IMG/VR virus record: IMGVR_UViG_3300046167_000449
Span: 1 to 54,370 of that record
DNA from: a virus
Lineage: Duplodnaviria > Caudoviricetes
DNA length: 54,370 nucleotides
Strand: one strand, 5' to 3'
Of the stretch, positions 1-12,227 are shown in pieces (the first letter of the stretch is position 1; each line of letters begins with the position of its first letter). The notes under the pieces were generated by a model. It was given only the letters and a program-made list of their open reading frames with translations. It did no database searches and was not told the origin of the DNA. The translations under genes were made by a program, and so were the position numbers.

Positions 1-448
1 TTAGGTGGTAGATCTTGTGGGGCGTTCTTATATATGAATCCAATTAATATGGAGGCCTTAAAAGTTGGAGGGCGATACTAGAAGAAGTAAAAAAGAAATA
101 AACCCTAAAAAAGATAATGAATCTAACGCAGTTTCTGTTGAGGTTGTATTCCAATATAGAATGACAGATTATTTTGGTAATAACCCAGATATAGATACTG
201 GTAGAATTGGAGGATTTGCTAGATTAGCCTACAACAATTTAACTTATACTAAGAAAATAGGTTTTGACATTTTCGATAAATATGGTGAACAGTTTTCTTT
301 TGACTTAGAAGTGTTTGCTAAATATAGTCCTAAAGGTAAAAACTTAAACTCGATTAGAGCTGCGAGAATTACAAGAGACTCAGGTCCAAGTAACCCAATC
401 TCTACGTGGTATCAAGTTCAAAACGGTAGAAACATTCTGCAACAATAA
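1..448 (+). CDS. 3' end of a large virion structural gene (partial, runs in from the left edge)
   Basis: Coding-like sequence from base 1. The ORF-track start at 65 is a TTG next to a probable frameshift. Stop TAA at 446-448. Confidence 0.5.
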
Positions 449-475
449 TCCTTCATTTAGTTAGATAATAATCTT

Positions 476-483
476 GATATATA
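476..483 (+). promoter_or_regulatory. Late promoter GATATATA
   Basis: The same octamer recurs just upstream of structural genes throughout the window; analogous to T4 TATAAATA. Confidence 0.65.
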
Positions 484-523
484 ATAGAGACGGAAATATC
501 TCTATAATAAGATTTAAAACTAA

Positions 524-3500
524 ATGGCACAAATTACTAATTTTACAGTAACATCATGGGCCTCTGAGCAAGATGCATGGACAAATGGACCAGCGCTCGT
601 ATCAGGAGGTGGTGTAAATATACAAACAGTTCATTTTAATGAAAATGCAAATGGCGGATCTTTATCACTAGAGGCTGGTGACATATTGTATGTTGACGCT
701 GGCATTTGTTGGCCTTCTTGATGGAGGTGATAATTATTACTATTATGAAGTATCATCTGTCGGATATGTAGTACAAGTTGCTACAAACGGTGTTGTAGGT
801 GCTCCTGCAACTACAACCACAACAACTGCGCCAGTTTATACTTATACAATTTCTATAGAAGATGGAAATGGTGCTACTATTAGTTCTATTAATGAGGGTT
901 CTACATTTAACGTTGTAGTTACAGTAGATCAAGCTGGGCAAAATGAAACCCTTACAGCCACAGGAGCTGCAGACGAGTCAGATTTTACAACATGGCCTTT
1001 TGGTGCTGGAAACACTTCACAAGTTTTAGATTTTTCATCATTAACTACACAGACTTTAACGTTTGTTATTGATAACGATACAACTACTGAAGGCAATCAA
1101 GATATTATTTTTACTTTAGATGACGGGACGACTCAAACTCTAACTATTATTGATTCGAGTGTAACTAACCAGCCACCTGCATTAGGTAGCGGTTCGTTTA
1201 GTGTAACTCAAAACAATAATGACGATTTTGTTGATATAGACCTGTCAGATCCTTCATTAGCAAACGATCCGGAATCAGATCCAATGACATGGACTATTGT
1301 AAGCGGTCCTAATAATGGGTATTTAATAGACCCTAATGCTCCGTCAACTCAAATTGCAAATTATCCGCATGTTATTGCTAATTCAGCTGCTACTATTAGA
1401 TATTACCCAGATAATACTGGTGCTCCATCGTCTACTACATTTGTCTTTAAAGCAGAAGATCAATTTAGTACTCAAACTAATACTGCTACAATTACAGTAT
1501 CGATAGACCCGCCTAGTAATCAACCCCCGGCGTTTGTTACGGGTTTACCAAACCAATTAACTACACAGGCAACTGGTGCTGGGAGTGTACTTACTTTTAC
1601 AAGAAATTTTACTGATGAAGATGCCTTCAACATGTGTATTAGAATGGCTTGATGAAGATGGCAATGTTCTAACAACTGTTGCAGGGGTAAATGTAGAATT
1701 AAATTATGGTGTCCTTTCAGGTTCTGATGCAACCGGCTTGGATCATACACAACAAACGCGCAGTCTACACGTAATCCTGGAGATCCGGATTTAGTAGATA
1801 CTATTTACTTTAGAGTAACCGACTCCGACGGTGAGTCTGATTCACATACTATTGATTTTAGACATACTGCGCCTGGAAATAATGCTTCCAACATGGAATG
1901 TTACTCCACCATCAACTCCTCAGGAAATTACAGCAGGGGTACAATTTAATGTCACTGGAATAACTGCTTCTGACCCGGATGCATCTCAAACATTAGTATA
2001 CTCTCTTGCTCTTGCAGGAAGTGATCAAAATGCATCTGGTAATTTTAATGAACAAACAGGTACTTTATCTATAACAGGAGCTGCTACAGGTAGTGTTGAG
2101 GCAACACTAACGGTTAGTGATGGTATTGGTCAAGATCAAATTGTATATAATTTTAGTACTGTAGAAGTTGCATATAGAGGTGTTAACTATTCTTCATTTG
2201 CAAACTCTGAAACAGTAGCATGTGGATTAACAAGATCGACTGGCTCTGATCTCTATTATTATAGCACAAATGGAGGAGGGACATTTTTATCAAACCTACC
2301 ACTTGGCGCGAAACTATATTCAGATTTTGGATTAACTCTTCCGGTAACTCCTTCTTCTGCTAGTAATGCGTGGATTTCTTTAGAAGAACCTACATACCAA
2401 ACAGTAAAGGCTGTTAGATTAGATAGTGATGGTACTATTCTAGAGATTTTAAATTGTACGGTTTCAAGTGGTAACGCATGGCCGTTATATCTTAGATATT
2501 CTCAAGAAGGAGAGTCTGGATCTATTGAAGAAAATTACTGTAACGATATTTATGAAGAAGGTGAGGCGTGGCAAAATGCTATAGATCCGGCGGGCAACGG
2601 TGGTACTGTAACTTTAGCTGATGTTGTAGCTGCAGGTGGACAACTGTTTTCATCGGAATACTCTGCCAATCAATATTCAGGTCAAACAGCACCAACTGGT
2701 GTTGTACTTGCAGATGGTTTATATTCTGAACCAGGAGTAACACCAGATGGATCTTATTATTACTATAATGCTTCACAATGGCAGAGTAGTAATGGCAATA
2801 CTTTATTTGAGTGTCCACCTCCAATAGTTTATGGTACAAAAAATATTAGTGTTTACTTTTACGCTCCTAATCCAACTGATATTGGTGATGTATGTAATGC
2901 AAACATTGGTCCAACATGGGCTGATTCGATTGGGAATTTCACCCAAATAACTCTTTATTATAGACAAGATGTTAATGATAATAATAATTGGAATCTATTA
3001 GACTTAGCTAAAAACCAAGTACAAGTTTTCTTATCACAGGCTGCGGCTGACTCTCAAAATTACACTTTATTATCATCTAGTGCAATATTATTAGATGGTA
3101 TAACTGGTGGTTTTGTAATATGGGATAATAATGAGTATACTGGATATGATGGCTCTTATGCTTGGTATGCTGTTAGTGATGATTTTAATTCAGGTACACA
3201 AGATAATATATTAGAATTAGCAGATGTGGATTCAGTTTTAGGCATCTGTGGAGATGGTATAACTGGCGCAGATTTAGATTATATTAGACCTCCGCTTTTT
3301 GATGCTTTACAGGTTCAAGTAGGTAATTCCTACTGGATCTAGAACTTCTGTTTATTATGCATTTTATGCATGTAATGCTAAATTAGACCCTGGTATGCCA
3401 GGTGGAAATTCATATTATCCAATGTATATTGTAGATGGTATGGTGGATGTTGCTCAAATGTCTGATAGTGGAATATCATATATTAATGATTTTGTAAAGC

Positions 3501-6500
3501 AAATTTCAAATCGTGGTGTTGATGTTGCCAATCCTGAAGAAAGAGCTCAAATCAAAGTAGGAGGTGAATGTCTAACTTACATAAGCTATATAGTTGCTAC
3601 TAATATAGAAGATGCGGTTGCTCAAATGAAATCACAGATAGAGCAAGTAGAGTCAAATATTTCATTTCAACACGGTGGGCTTGCAATTCCAGTAAGACCT
3701 GTTTCTATTAATGCAATTGATTTAGGATTAGGTAGTCAGGCAGAAGTATCATGGAGAAACTTTACTGATTTAGAAAGAGATAGAATATGTTATGAATGTT
3801 CTATACAAGTAAATGGTACTCAACATGCATGGGCAAATTATGTATTTCCAGCAATGGATAATAACCTAGTTTTAGATAGAACTATACCTAATTTTAACCT
3901 AGAAGAAAATTATACATTAGATAATGTATCTAAGCCGTTATTAAGAACAAACCCAAAATTAACAACTAATGCTAAAATTGTTGCTAATATTTCAGATGAA
4001 ATATTCTTAGAATCTATTGACGCAACTAAAGATTTAGCATCAGTTGAATATAAGAGATGGGCTCTTAATCCAAACGGTGATTACTCACAAGACTTATATA
4101 AGTTCTATAAAAGTAGTTCCACTCCAGCTGATGTAATGTATGCTGTTAGATCTGATTATTCAGACTTTACAGTACAAGATAGCTTTAGTAAACAAATTGA
4201 AGAGGTTTATCATTATGGCACTACATATAATTATTCTAAGTTACATGACGAAGACTTTAGAATGTTTGCTCCTATTTGGTTAGATAAAGATATTCCTAAA
4301 AAGTTTGTTGTATTTAGAGTTAACGATCCTGTTGGTGAAATAGACTTTGATGTAAATAGTAACCTACAAAATATACAAGATATTTTAAAGAACTCTGAAA
4401 TTATTAAGACCTTTGATTTAACAAATGATTCTTCATTAGGTAAATACATTAGAGGTCATGTAAATTCTGAGTCTTTCCCTAAAACACCAGTTCAATTTAA
4501 TTTTGAAAGAAGAGAGAAAAGTAATTTTAAAGGGATTGATTTAGGCAAGGGTGGATTTGCAACTAAAGGTGAATATCTATATAAAGATTTCGTGAGAGCT
4601 GATAGCCCTCTAATAGCCCAGAACTCGATGATTACAGACGGGTTTGAAAGAAATAAATTAGCATGTGCAAATTTACTTAATTTAGAATTCCTATTTAATG
4701 ATAACGATGCTTCTGATTATACCATTAACAGATATTTTGGCTTATATGTAAATGATATTGATTCAGGTTATGGTAATATTAGCTCTGCTGATAATGGTAA
4801 TATCATATTTAAAAACTTAAATTCATATATTAATGAGTCTCCGGAGTCTGCAATCCCTGCGTTTAAACAAATATCGGGAACACCAACTTTAGGCTATCTT
4901 AATATAAGTGATGAATTCTATAAAATATCCTCTAAAGCAAAATATGACGTTAATAAATTAAACGTAATTGTAGAGGATGGTAAAAACCAAATTCCATCAG
5001 AAGTTAAAACAGCGCCAAATGGTAACTCGGTAGATATTGTGAAAGATGATAAACCTGGTTTTGATTTTGTTAAGTTTTCAGTTGTTGATACTCCAGCTAT
5101 AAATGATAAGTTCATAGTATTTGAGTCTAGGGAATCTGTTTATTCACTTAAGTTTTTAAGACATATTCCAAATGAGGCATGGAAATTAAATATTAATAAT
5201 GGTGGTACTCTAATTCAAGAAGATATTTTAACACAGAATAGTATTTACTCTACATTCCAAGTTATTGAAAACGCATTAGGAGCTTTTGATAATATAAAGG
5301 TTGAATTTGATGGCGATAAAACTATATTTATACAAGAGGTTAATGCTACGCTCGGGGATTTAGATGTTTATATATGGGCTCCAGTACCTAGTGCTGTTAG
5401 TAGTATTATTAAGGTAACACAAATGCAATCTTCTGTAAACTTAGATAACTCTACATTTTTCGCATCATCAGCCAATCCAGTAGATCCATCATATTTAGCT
5501 CCTGGTGAATTTATTGGAAATTCATTCTCAGCAGCTGGCTCTACTTTAGATATTGCAAATGCAATTGTTGCTTGTATTAATAGTAGCCCTATTAATTTTG
5601 ATGCTGTATTACAGGAGGGGACTTCTAATTTCTACATTAAGAATAGAGTTAGCGGATATAAGCTTTTACAATCAGGGATTTTAGTTCCTACTGGTAATTC
5701 TATTGCATTTTTATCAATAGAGAATAGAGATATAAAAACAGTAAACAACCCACATGGTGTGCTTAAGCTATCAGATGCGGTACTTGATAATAATTTTGTA
5801 CACTATATGAAAGGTGGTAACTCTTCTGGTAAATCAGTTTTAGTAACTCAAGATTCTGTTGCTGATATTGTTGTCGGAGATATGATACCTACTACTTCGA
5901 TTGGAGTGTATAATGAAGTTATAGATATTGTAGATGATATTGAAAATACTGGATCAATTTATAGAAAATTAATTTTAGATAAAAAGAATTCTCTTGAAAG
6001 TGGAGAACATAAAGTGTATGCTGAAAATGTGGCTAGATTAGGTTTGTTGTCAGCTTATGATATTCACGATATGAACTTTGACTTTTATGATATAGATAAT
6101 TCTGAGTTAAAAGAATTAGAATTAGAAACTCCGGCAAATATTAATTATGAGCCTGAAAGGAGTGCTTCTAACTCGCTTACAGTGTTTAGTAGCGATTATG
6201 ATATAGCAGATCCATACAGTTACTTTAGTGGTATTAGTGCTACATTAGGTGAAGAAACATTAGATGAATATAATGAAATTAAATTATTTAGTGAGTATGA
6301 TAGGTTACAAGAAAATAGTTTAAAGGAATTTGCAGTAGATTCTAGAGTAGTTCCTAATATAAATAAATGGGTACTTAAAGATAGTTTAACTGTAAGAGAA
6401 CAGCCTTATTATCTTAACTCTAATGAAGCTTTTGGTAGAACTAATTTCTCACCAGATTTTGATGCTGTAGGTAGAGATAGATTAGGAATGACACATGAGT

Positions 6501-8729
6501 GGTTCTATATGGATAATTTACCAAAATACATAACTAACGATAAACTTAATAGTACGTTTAGCTATATTAATTTTGTAGACGGTTTTGAATTAAAACCATC
6601 ACACTTTAAAAGCACTTCATATAATTACTTTGATAAATTTATGGTTACTGATGGTTTTGAAGTAAAAGACCAATATGGTATAAAGTCTTTTATTAAAACA
6701 AACCTACAAAAGAAATACTCTTTAGTTTCAGGTGGTAATAATGTTTCTTTTGCTGATACTATTTTTAAAGGTATTAAAGTAGGATTTAAGAACCGAAAAG
6801 AATTTGAAAATAATAAATCTAATGAGTTTGTAAAAACTTCTGAATTTAATGGCTACAAGTTTAGTACATTATTATTAGTAAGGGGTGGTGGTAATACAAA
6901 CGACATAGAGTATGAAGTAATACAAAACAAAAAATTTAAGTTTGTTATATTTTTAATTACAGTATCTATTGATGACTTATGGATTGATGGTGCTTTAAAT
7001 AGAAAACTTCTATATGAAATGAACCATAGTTTTGTTTGGAATAACGAAACTAGAAGTTTTAAATATTCTGATGTTGAATTATCAGGTGCAATTAACCTAA
7101 ACGATATTAATTTTAATGACCCTAATGCTGATGATTATCGAGTTGCTTTTGGAATTAACCATGTAAATGGATCCAAACCTCAGTTTTTAGATCAGATTAA
7201 CTCAGACGATGATGATAACTTTGGCGATATTGAAATTACAGTTACTGACTCTAGTGGTTCAGTTACGTTTAAGTTAGGGGATAGAATCTGTAGACGACCA
7301 GGGACAAATAACTTTATCCGGTGAACCTACTGATTTAAACGGCAACCCAGTAAACGTTTCTAATATAGCTGGTTATATTCAAAACAGTGCAGAATATGTA
7401 TACAAACAGGGTGGTAAGAATGCGTTTACGTCGATCTTAGACCAATTAGCGGTCGGATCGGTTGCACAATTATTAGAATTAAACGATGGTAGTATTACTT
7501 ATACTACAATCGAAGAAGATGGTACATCTTTAAATAACAGGTTTGAATTAGAATTTGAAAATGGAGTAGAAATAATTAAAGATGCAAATTTAGTTACAGT
7601 ACCTGATCAGGATAAACCTAAAACGTTTAAACTAAAACAGGGTACAATAGGATTTAATCTTTATGGAAGTGATACTTATTATCCATTCTTAGTTAGACAT
7701 AATGGTAACTACACTGTAGATACTAGACCTGTTGTAACATTTACAGATACTTATTCTCACTTTAAAACAAACACGTTACAAACAACAACAAACGCGTTTG
7801 AATTAAATATTGAAGAACCTATGTATAAGCACTCTTTAACTAGCGCTGAAGAAATTAAATTAGCTAGAGATTACTATAAGAAATATAATAGATGTGGAAC
7901 TTCATTTAACCTAGGATTTATACAAGACAATACACATGATAGCCATTGGGGTATAATTAAAAACCACTTCTATAGAAAAGTAAATGAGTCTAATGCATCT
8001 GGTGTAACTAAACTATCTACATCTACGGATAAACTGCCTCTTTACCCATTAATTGGTGAGGTTGCAATAGATAAAAAAGATGTAAATGTGTTTAAATCTT
8101 CATGGGATAAAAACTATTATACTAGGTCTTTATCAGGTGGAGTTACTGAAAATGTTCCAGGTACTTTTGAAACTAAAGAAGAAAGATCTTACTTAGGTTC
8201 TACTATTATGAAAGTAAAAGATTCATACAATATACTTCAATTTAGCTCAAAACAAGTATTTAGCCAGGAGGAGCAAGACTCTATTTTAGCTAATGATAAT
8301 AATACTACAGATGTTGTAATATTTGAAGATAAAAAATATGTATACATTGATTTTTATATTTCAACAACACTTAATCGCTTATTAAGTGAAGATGGTGTAT
8401 TAAACTCTATTAATAAATTTGTTAATCCTGTAGACTCTGCTGGTGATAAAACCACCACAGTTGATGATGCAATACTTTATGTTGAAAATAATTTAGCTAA
8501 TGCATTTAATTTAAACATGATAAAAATATACACAAGTAGAATAAAGGGTAAATATTCTGAAATACTTTCTACTGAAAATATTGAAAGTTTAGATGATGCT
8601 GGGTTTACAAACGATACAAACTTTACTTTTAAGGCGCACGAACAAAAGCCCCTTAATTTTAGATTGATATATAATAAAAGATTAGGTTACTCCTATAAGA
8701 TTAGACCTATGATAAAAATAAAGTCATAA
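524..8729 (+). CDS. Giant virion/baseplate protein (about 2,700 aa) with N-terminal Ig/cadherin-like adhesin modules, reconstructed across about 6 frameshifts
   Basis: ORFs 524-721, 678-1652, 1576-1794, 1831-3342, 3395-7324 and 7821-8729 overlap or abut and continue each other after 1-nt shifts (e.g. near 3328, aattcctactgga gives NSTGSRT..., in frame with 3395). NQPP...DPESDPMTWTI and ASDPDASQTLVYSL are cadherin-like motifs; DNDTTTEGNQ is Calx-beta-like. Confidence 0.65.
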
Positions 8730-8732
8730 GAA

Positions 8733-11411
8733 ATGGCCATTAATATTCAAGAAATACTACACCCTAGTGACTCTGATGCTATTAAGTTCGCAAAGATTAA
8801 CTATAACTTTGACCAACTCGTAGTCAATGGCGGTGGACCTAGAGGTCCAAAAGGAGATCAGGGTAATCAAGGGGTTACCGGTTCTACAGGTGCTGTAGGT
8901 GACACAGGTCCAAAAGGTGACAAGGGAGATTCAGGCGAAACTACTAGCCCTTGGAAATCAATTGTAATAGATTCAAACATTAACGATAACCAAGATAACG
9001 TTACAATTTTAAAACCTAAACCAGATACTGATAAAGAAACTCCGGTTATTTGGCTTGGGGATGCTTCTTTTATTAATAGTGGTAATAATGCTAGTGATGG
9101 AGATTTAACTTTAAGGTCTACTTTGAATATTGGTAGACACTATAATTTTGAAAATAACATAATAGAGGCAGAGTATGTAACTTTTTGGCATGATGCTAGT
9201 AATAAACTTAAAATAGATTCTGAAAACGTTACAACTGGTAGTGGCTTTGTTAGATATAACATTTCTCCGGTAATTCCAATATCGGGACAGTCACCAGATG
9301 TTAGACTTCAGATTAATACACATACAATACACACTGAACATTTTCAACTAAATAATTCTGGAGCTTCAGGAACACCTGAATCTGGTATGATTAGATATAA
9401 TGCTGGTGGTAATAAATTTGAAGGGTATATCGGTGGTAACTGGGTAGATTTCTGTATGGAGCCTTGTGGCTCTGGAGGCGGAGGTACTATTAGTATATCA
9501 GGAGGTGATTTAGACCTTAATCCTGATGGAAGTTTAGTTAGTACTAGTGCTCCAGCCCCTCAATATACATATAATATATGGACTGGTTCAGGTGGTACAG
9601 TTTCAGTTGACGCGGGAGGTACTATTACTATTAATGATGGTAATTCAACTCAAGTGGTACCAACACCTGCTTTATTCCCTGCAAATGATGATGCTGGCGT
9701 TGAAATGGTAAGCGTTGATCTTGAGATAACAATCCCAGGCGGTTATCAAAATGCTGGAGGAACAATTACAGAAAGTGCTATTATTTTATCACAACCAACT
9801 AGTTATGTTGCACCTAGCTTAAACACATACGATTTAACATTAACTACAGCAGGTTCGTATTGGTCTATATCTGATGCGACTATAATAACTAGTAATTCTT
9901 CATCTGGTACAACTGCCGGAACATATAGTGGAGGTGTTTTACAATTCCAAGCTTATGATGATGCGACCGTTCAAGTTCGTATAGATGCAGACACTAATCA
10001 AGGTTATGAGTTTGATGCTAATGGTGGTGCCGGAGCATTTAGTACAAATGGTGGTGCTAATGAACAATCAGATATAACTACTAACACTAGTCAGGCAACA
10101 TATTCATTTAATCTTAATACAGGAAATGCTCAAAACGGATTTGGATTAGCAGATGGTGCACATACAGTTCAAGTAAATGCTGATACTACACAGATACTAA
10201 TACCGATATTAACAGGTTCATATAACTATTCGTTTGGTGCTAATGCCTATGACGCATGTAATGATGCTGCAGGTGGAAATACTGGTATGGCGGTTTCTGT
10301 TCCAGCAAGTCCAGCACCTACAAACCAAACATGGCATGATGCTGCACTTGTAGCAGCAGGAATACACCATGCTAGTGGACCGGTACATGGAGCTAATGGA
10401 TGGGTAACTATTACTCAACTTAGGGATGAAAATAATAATATTTTACCAACAGCTGATACAGTAGTTGATACAAACCAAGCTGGAGGATTTATCGGTAGCC
10501 CACAATCTTGTGCACCGGCAACAACACAACCATTACCGCAATTTAATTGGACTAACTCGTCGTCACAATCCAGTCCAATAACACTGGGTTGGGGTACGAC
10601 TTCCGGTGAAAACACACAACCATTTACATGGAACGGCGGTACAATCGCAAGCGGTAACGCAGCTATCAGTCACTTTAATTGGATTGCGTGGGACAGCTTA
10701 TTGCCTAGTGCTAGTGTTACTGTTAGAAACGCATCCGATACTGGTCCTCATGCTGGTGGTGATGGTATTGCTAAATTCTTCTTTGACTTTGACACGAGTG
10801 ACCCGCAAGGAGTCCAAGGCCCATATGAGAATGGTTTGGTATTTAACGGCTCCTCTACCATGTTTAATCCTATACCGTATGATGGTGTAAATTCAACTGA
10901 TGGGTTATGGGCAAGGATAGAGGCAACATGTCACGTTGCAGGTACTGTAATAAATCTAGCTGATGGAACAACTAAACTAGTTGAAGACTTAGAAGTTGGA
11001 GATGTATTAGCATCATATAGCATTACAGGTCTTGGAACTGATGAAAATGAACAGCCATGGGAGACTTACTCAGTAGACGCAACCGGATGGTCTGCTACTC
11101 AGAGTACAACTACAGTAACGTTTGTAACAGAAGGTTTATTTGACGAGTATTACAACTTTAATAACGATTTAACTAAAGTTACACGTGAGCACCCAGTTCT
11201 AGTAAAAGCTGGTGATAACATTTCATTCAAAAGAGCTGATGCTGTAGTTGAGGGAGATTCATTCTATATCAACGGCGCATGGGTTGAAATTACTAGCATT
11301 GAGCTTGTAACTGCTGACCCAAAAGTTATGACATATACAATAGGTGTTGAAGAAGAAGATGTTTATCTAGCAGATGGTATCTTATGGCACAATACCATTA
11401 CTGGTAAATAA
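8733..11411 (+). CDS. Tail fibre / adhesin with collagen G-X-Y repeat and C-terminal Hint domain
   Basis: GPRGPKGDQGNQG collagen repeat; GMIRYNAGGNKFEGY fibre motif; CHVAGT...TREHP...ILWHN Hint blocks; GATATATA at 8666. Confidence 0.75.
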   Translation: MAINIQEILHPSDSDAIKFAKINYNFDQLVVNGGGPRGPKGDQGNQGVTGSTGAVGDTGPKGDKGDSGETTSPWKSIVIDSNINDNQDNVTILKPKPDTDKETPVIWLGDASFINSGNNASDGDLTLRSTLNIGRHYNFENNIIEAEYVTFWHDASNKLKIDSENVTTGSGFVRYNISPVIPISGQSPDVRLQINTHTIHTEHFQLNNSGASGTPESGMIRYNAGGNKFEGYIGGNWVDFCMEPCGSGGGGTISISGGDLDLNPDGSLVSTSAPAPQYTYNIWTGSGGTVSVDAGGTITINDGNSTQVVPTPALFPANDDAGVEMVSVDLEITIPGGYQNAGGTITESAIILSQPTSYVAPSLNTYDLTLTTAGSYWSISDATIITSNSSSGTTAGTYSGGVLQFQAYDDATVQVRIDADTNQGYEFDANGGAGAFSTNGGANEQSDITTNTSQATYSFNLNTGNAQNGFGLADGAHTVQVNADTTQILIPILTGSYNYSFGANAYDACNDAAGGNTGMAVSVPASPAPTNQTWHDAALVAAGIHHASGPVHGANGWVTITQLRDENNNILPTADTVVDTNQAGGFIGSPQSCAPATTQPLPQFNWTNSSSQSSPITLGWGTTSGENTQPFTWNGGTIASGNAAISHFNWIAWDSLLPSASVTVRNASDTGPHAGGDGIAKFFFDFDTSDPQGVQGPYENGLVFNGSSTMFNPIPYDGVNSTDGLWARIEATCHVAGTVINLADGTTKLVEDLEVGDVLASYSITGLGTDENEQPWETYSVDATGWSATQSTTTVTFVTEGLFDEYYNFNNDLTKVTREHPVLVKAGDNISFKRADAVVEGDSFYINGAWVEITSIELVTADPKVMTYTIGVEEEDVYLADGILWHNTITGK
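10929..11393 (+). other. Hint (mini-intein/BIL-like) autoprocessing domain, 155 aa
   Basis: Block A C-H-V-A-G-T...L-EVGD, block B TREH, block F YTIGVE, block G WHN followed by Thr. No homing endonuclease. Confidence 0.85.
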
Positions 11412-11417
11412 TAAATT

Positions 11418-12224
11418 ATGAAAGACAAAATAAAAAACATATTAGCAAATAGGACTCTGGTAACTTTCGTTGCGGGAGCCCTTCTATGTTTATTGTTTCT
11501 TAAACAATGTAACAGTATTGAGAACTTAAAACAAGATGTTAAATTAGCACAAGAAGATGCTGGTAGACAACTTAATAACTTTAAGGCTGCTCAAGACTCT
11601 GTTACAATACTAAGAAACGATAATGGAGATCAGCTTGCTCAGATTAGATCCTATGAATTTGATTTATCAAATCTAGAATCTAGCCAAGCCAAGTTGACTA
11701 AAAAGTATAAGAAAGCGTTAGCACTTAATGATGACTTAAAAGAAGTTAACTCATTAATTTCCGCTAACTTAGAAATTACAGATAGTTTAGATGTAACTAC
11801 TACAACTGAAACTATTGATACGACAACTACTAAAGTTACGTTTGCATCATCAGAAGATTTCGGTGATGGTAACTCTAGAAAACTAACAGGGTTTTCTACC
11901 TTTAAATATGAATTTGAAAAATTTAAAGTATTAGAAACTAAGTTTGAATTGACACAAACTTTAAGCTTAATGGCTGCGATTGAGAATGTAGACGGAGCGG
12001 ATAGATTAAAGTTATCAACAAGCTACCCTGGGTTAGAGATTAAAGATATTGAAAATATAAACTTAGTTAATAGTAGATTAAATAGAAAAGACCAAAAGAA
12101 ATCTAGATGGCTAGTTGGTTTTGGAGTTGGATATGGTATTAACTTAAATAATAACCAGGTAATTAGTACTGGTCCTTCAATTGGTGTTGGACTTTACTGG
12201 TCACCTAAATTTTTACAATTTTAA
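11418..12224 (+). CDS. Membrane-anchored coiled-coil protein, possible spanin-like lysis protein
   Basis: N-terminal TM helix ending LKQC, a coiled coil, and a C-terminal GFGVGYG...IGVGLYW beta-hairpin. Confidence 0.5.
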   Translation: MKDKIKNILANRTLVTFVAGALLCLLFLKQCNSIENLKQDVKLAQEDAGRQLNNFKAAQDSVTILRNDNGDQLAQIRSYEFDLSNLESSQAKLTKKYKKALALNDDLKEVNSLISANLEITDSLDVTTTTETIDTTTTKVTFASSEDFGDGNSRKLTGFSTFKYEFEKFKVLETKFELTQTLSLMAAIENVDGADRLKLSTSYPGLEIKDIENINLVNSRLNRKDQKKSRWLVGFGVGYGINLNNNQVISTGPSIGVGLYWSPKFLQF

Positions 12225-12227
12225 AAC

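Noticed and set aside
3340-3400. Stop-codon reassignment (TAG to Gln as in Lak/crAss-like phages)
   Set aside because: Reading through the TAG hits a TAA within about 11 codons while the coding signal continues in another frame. Long ORFs are intact under code 11.
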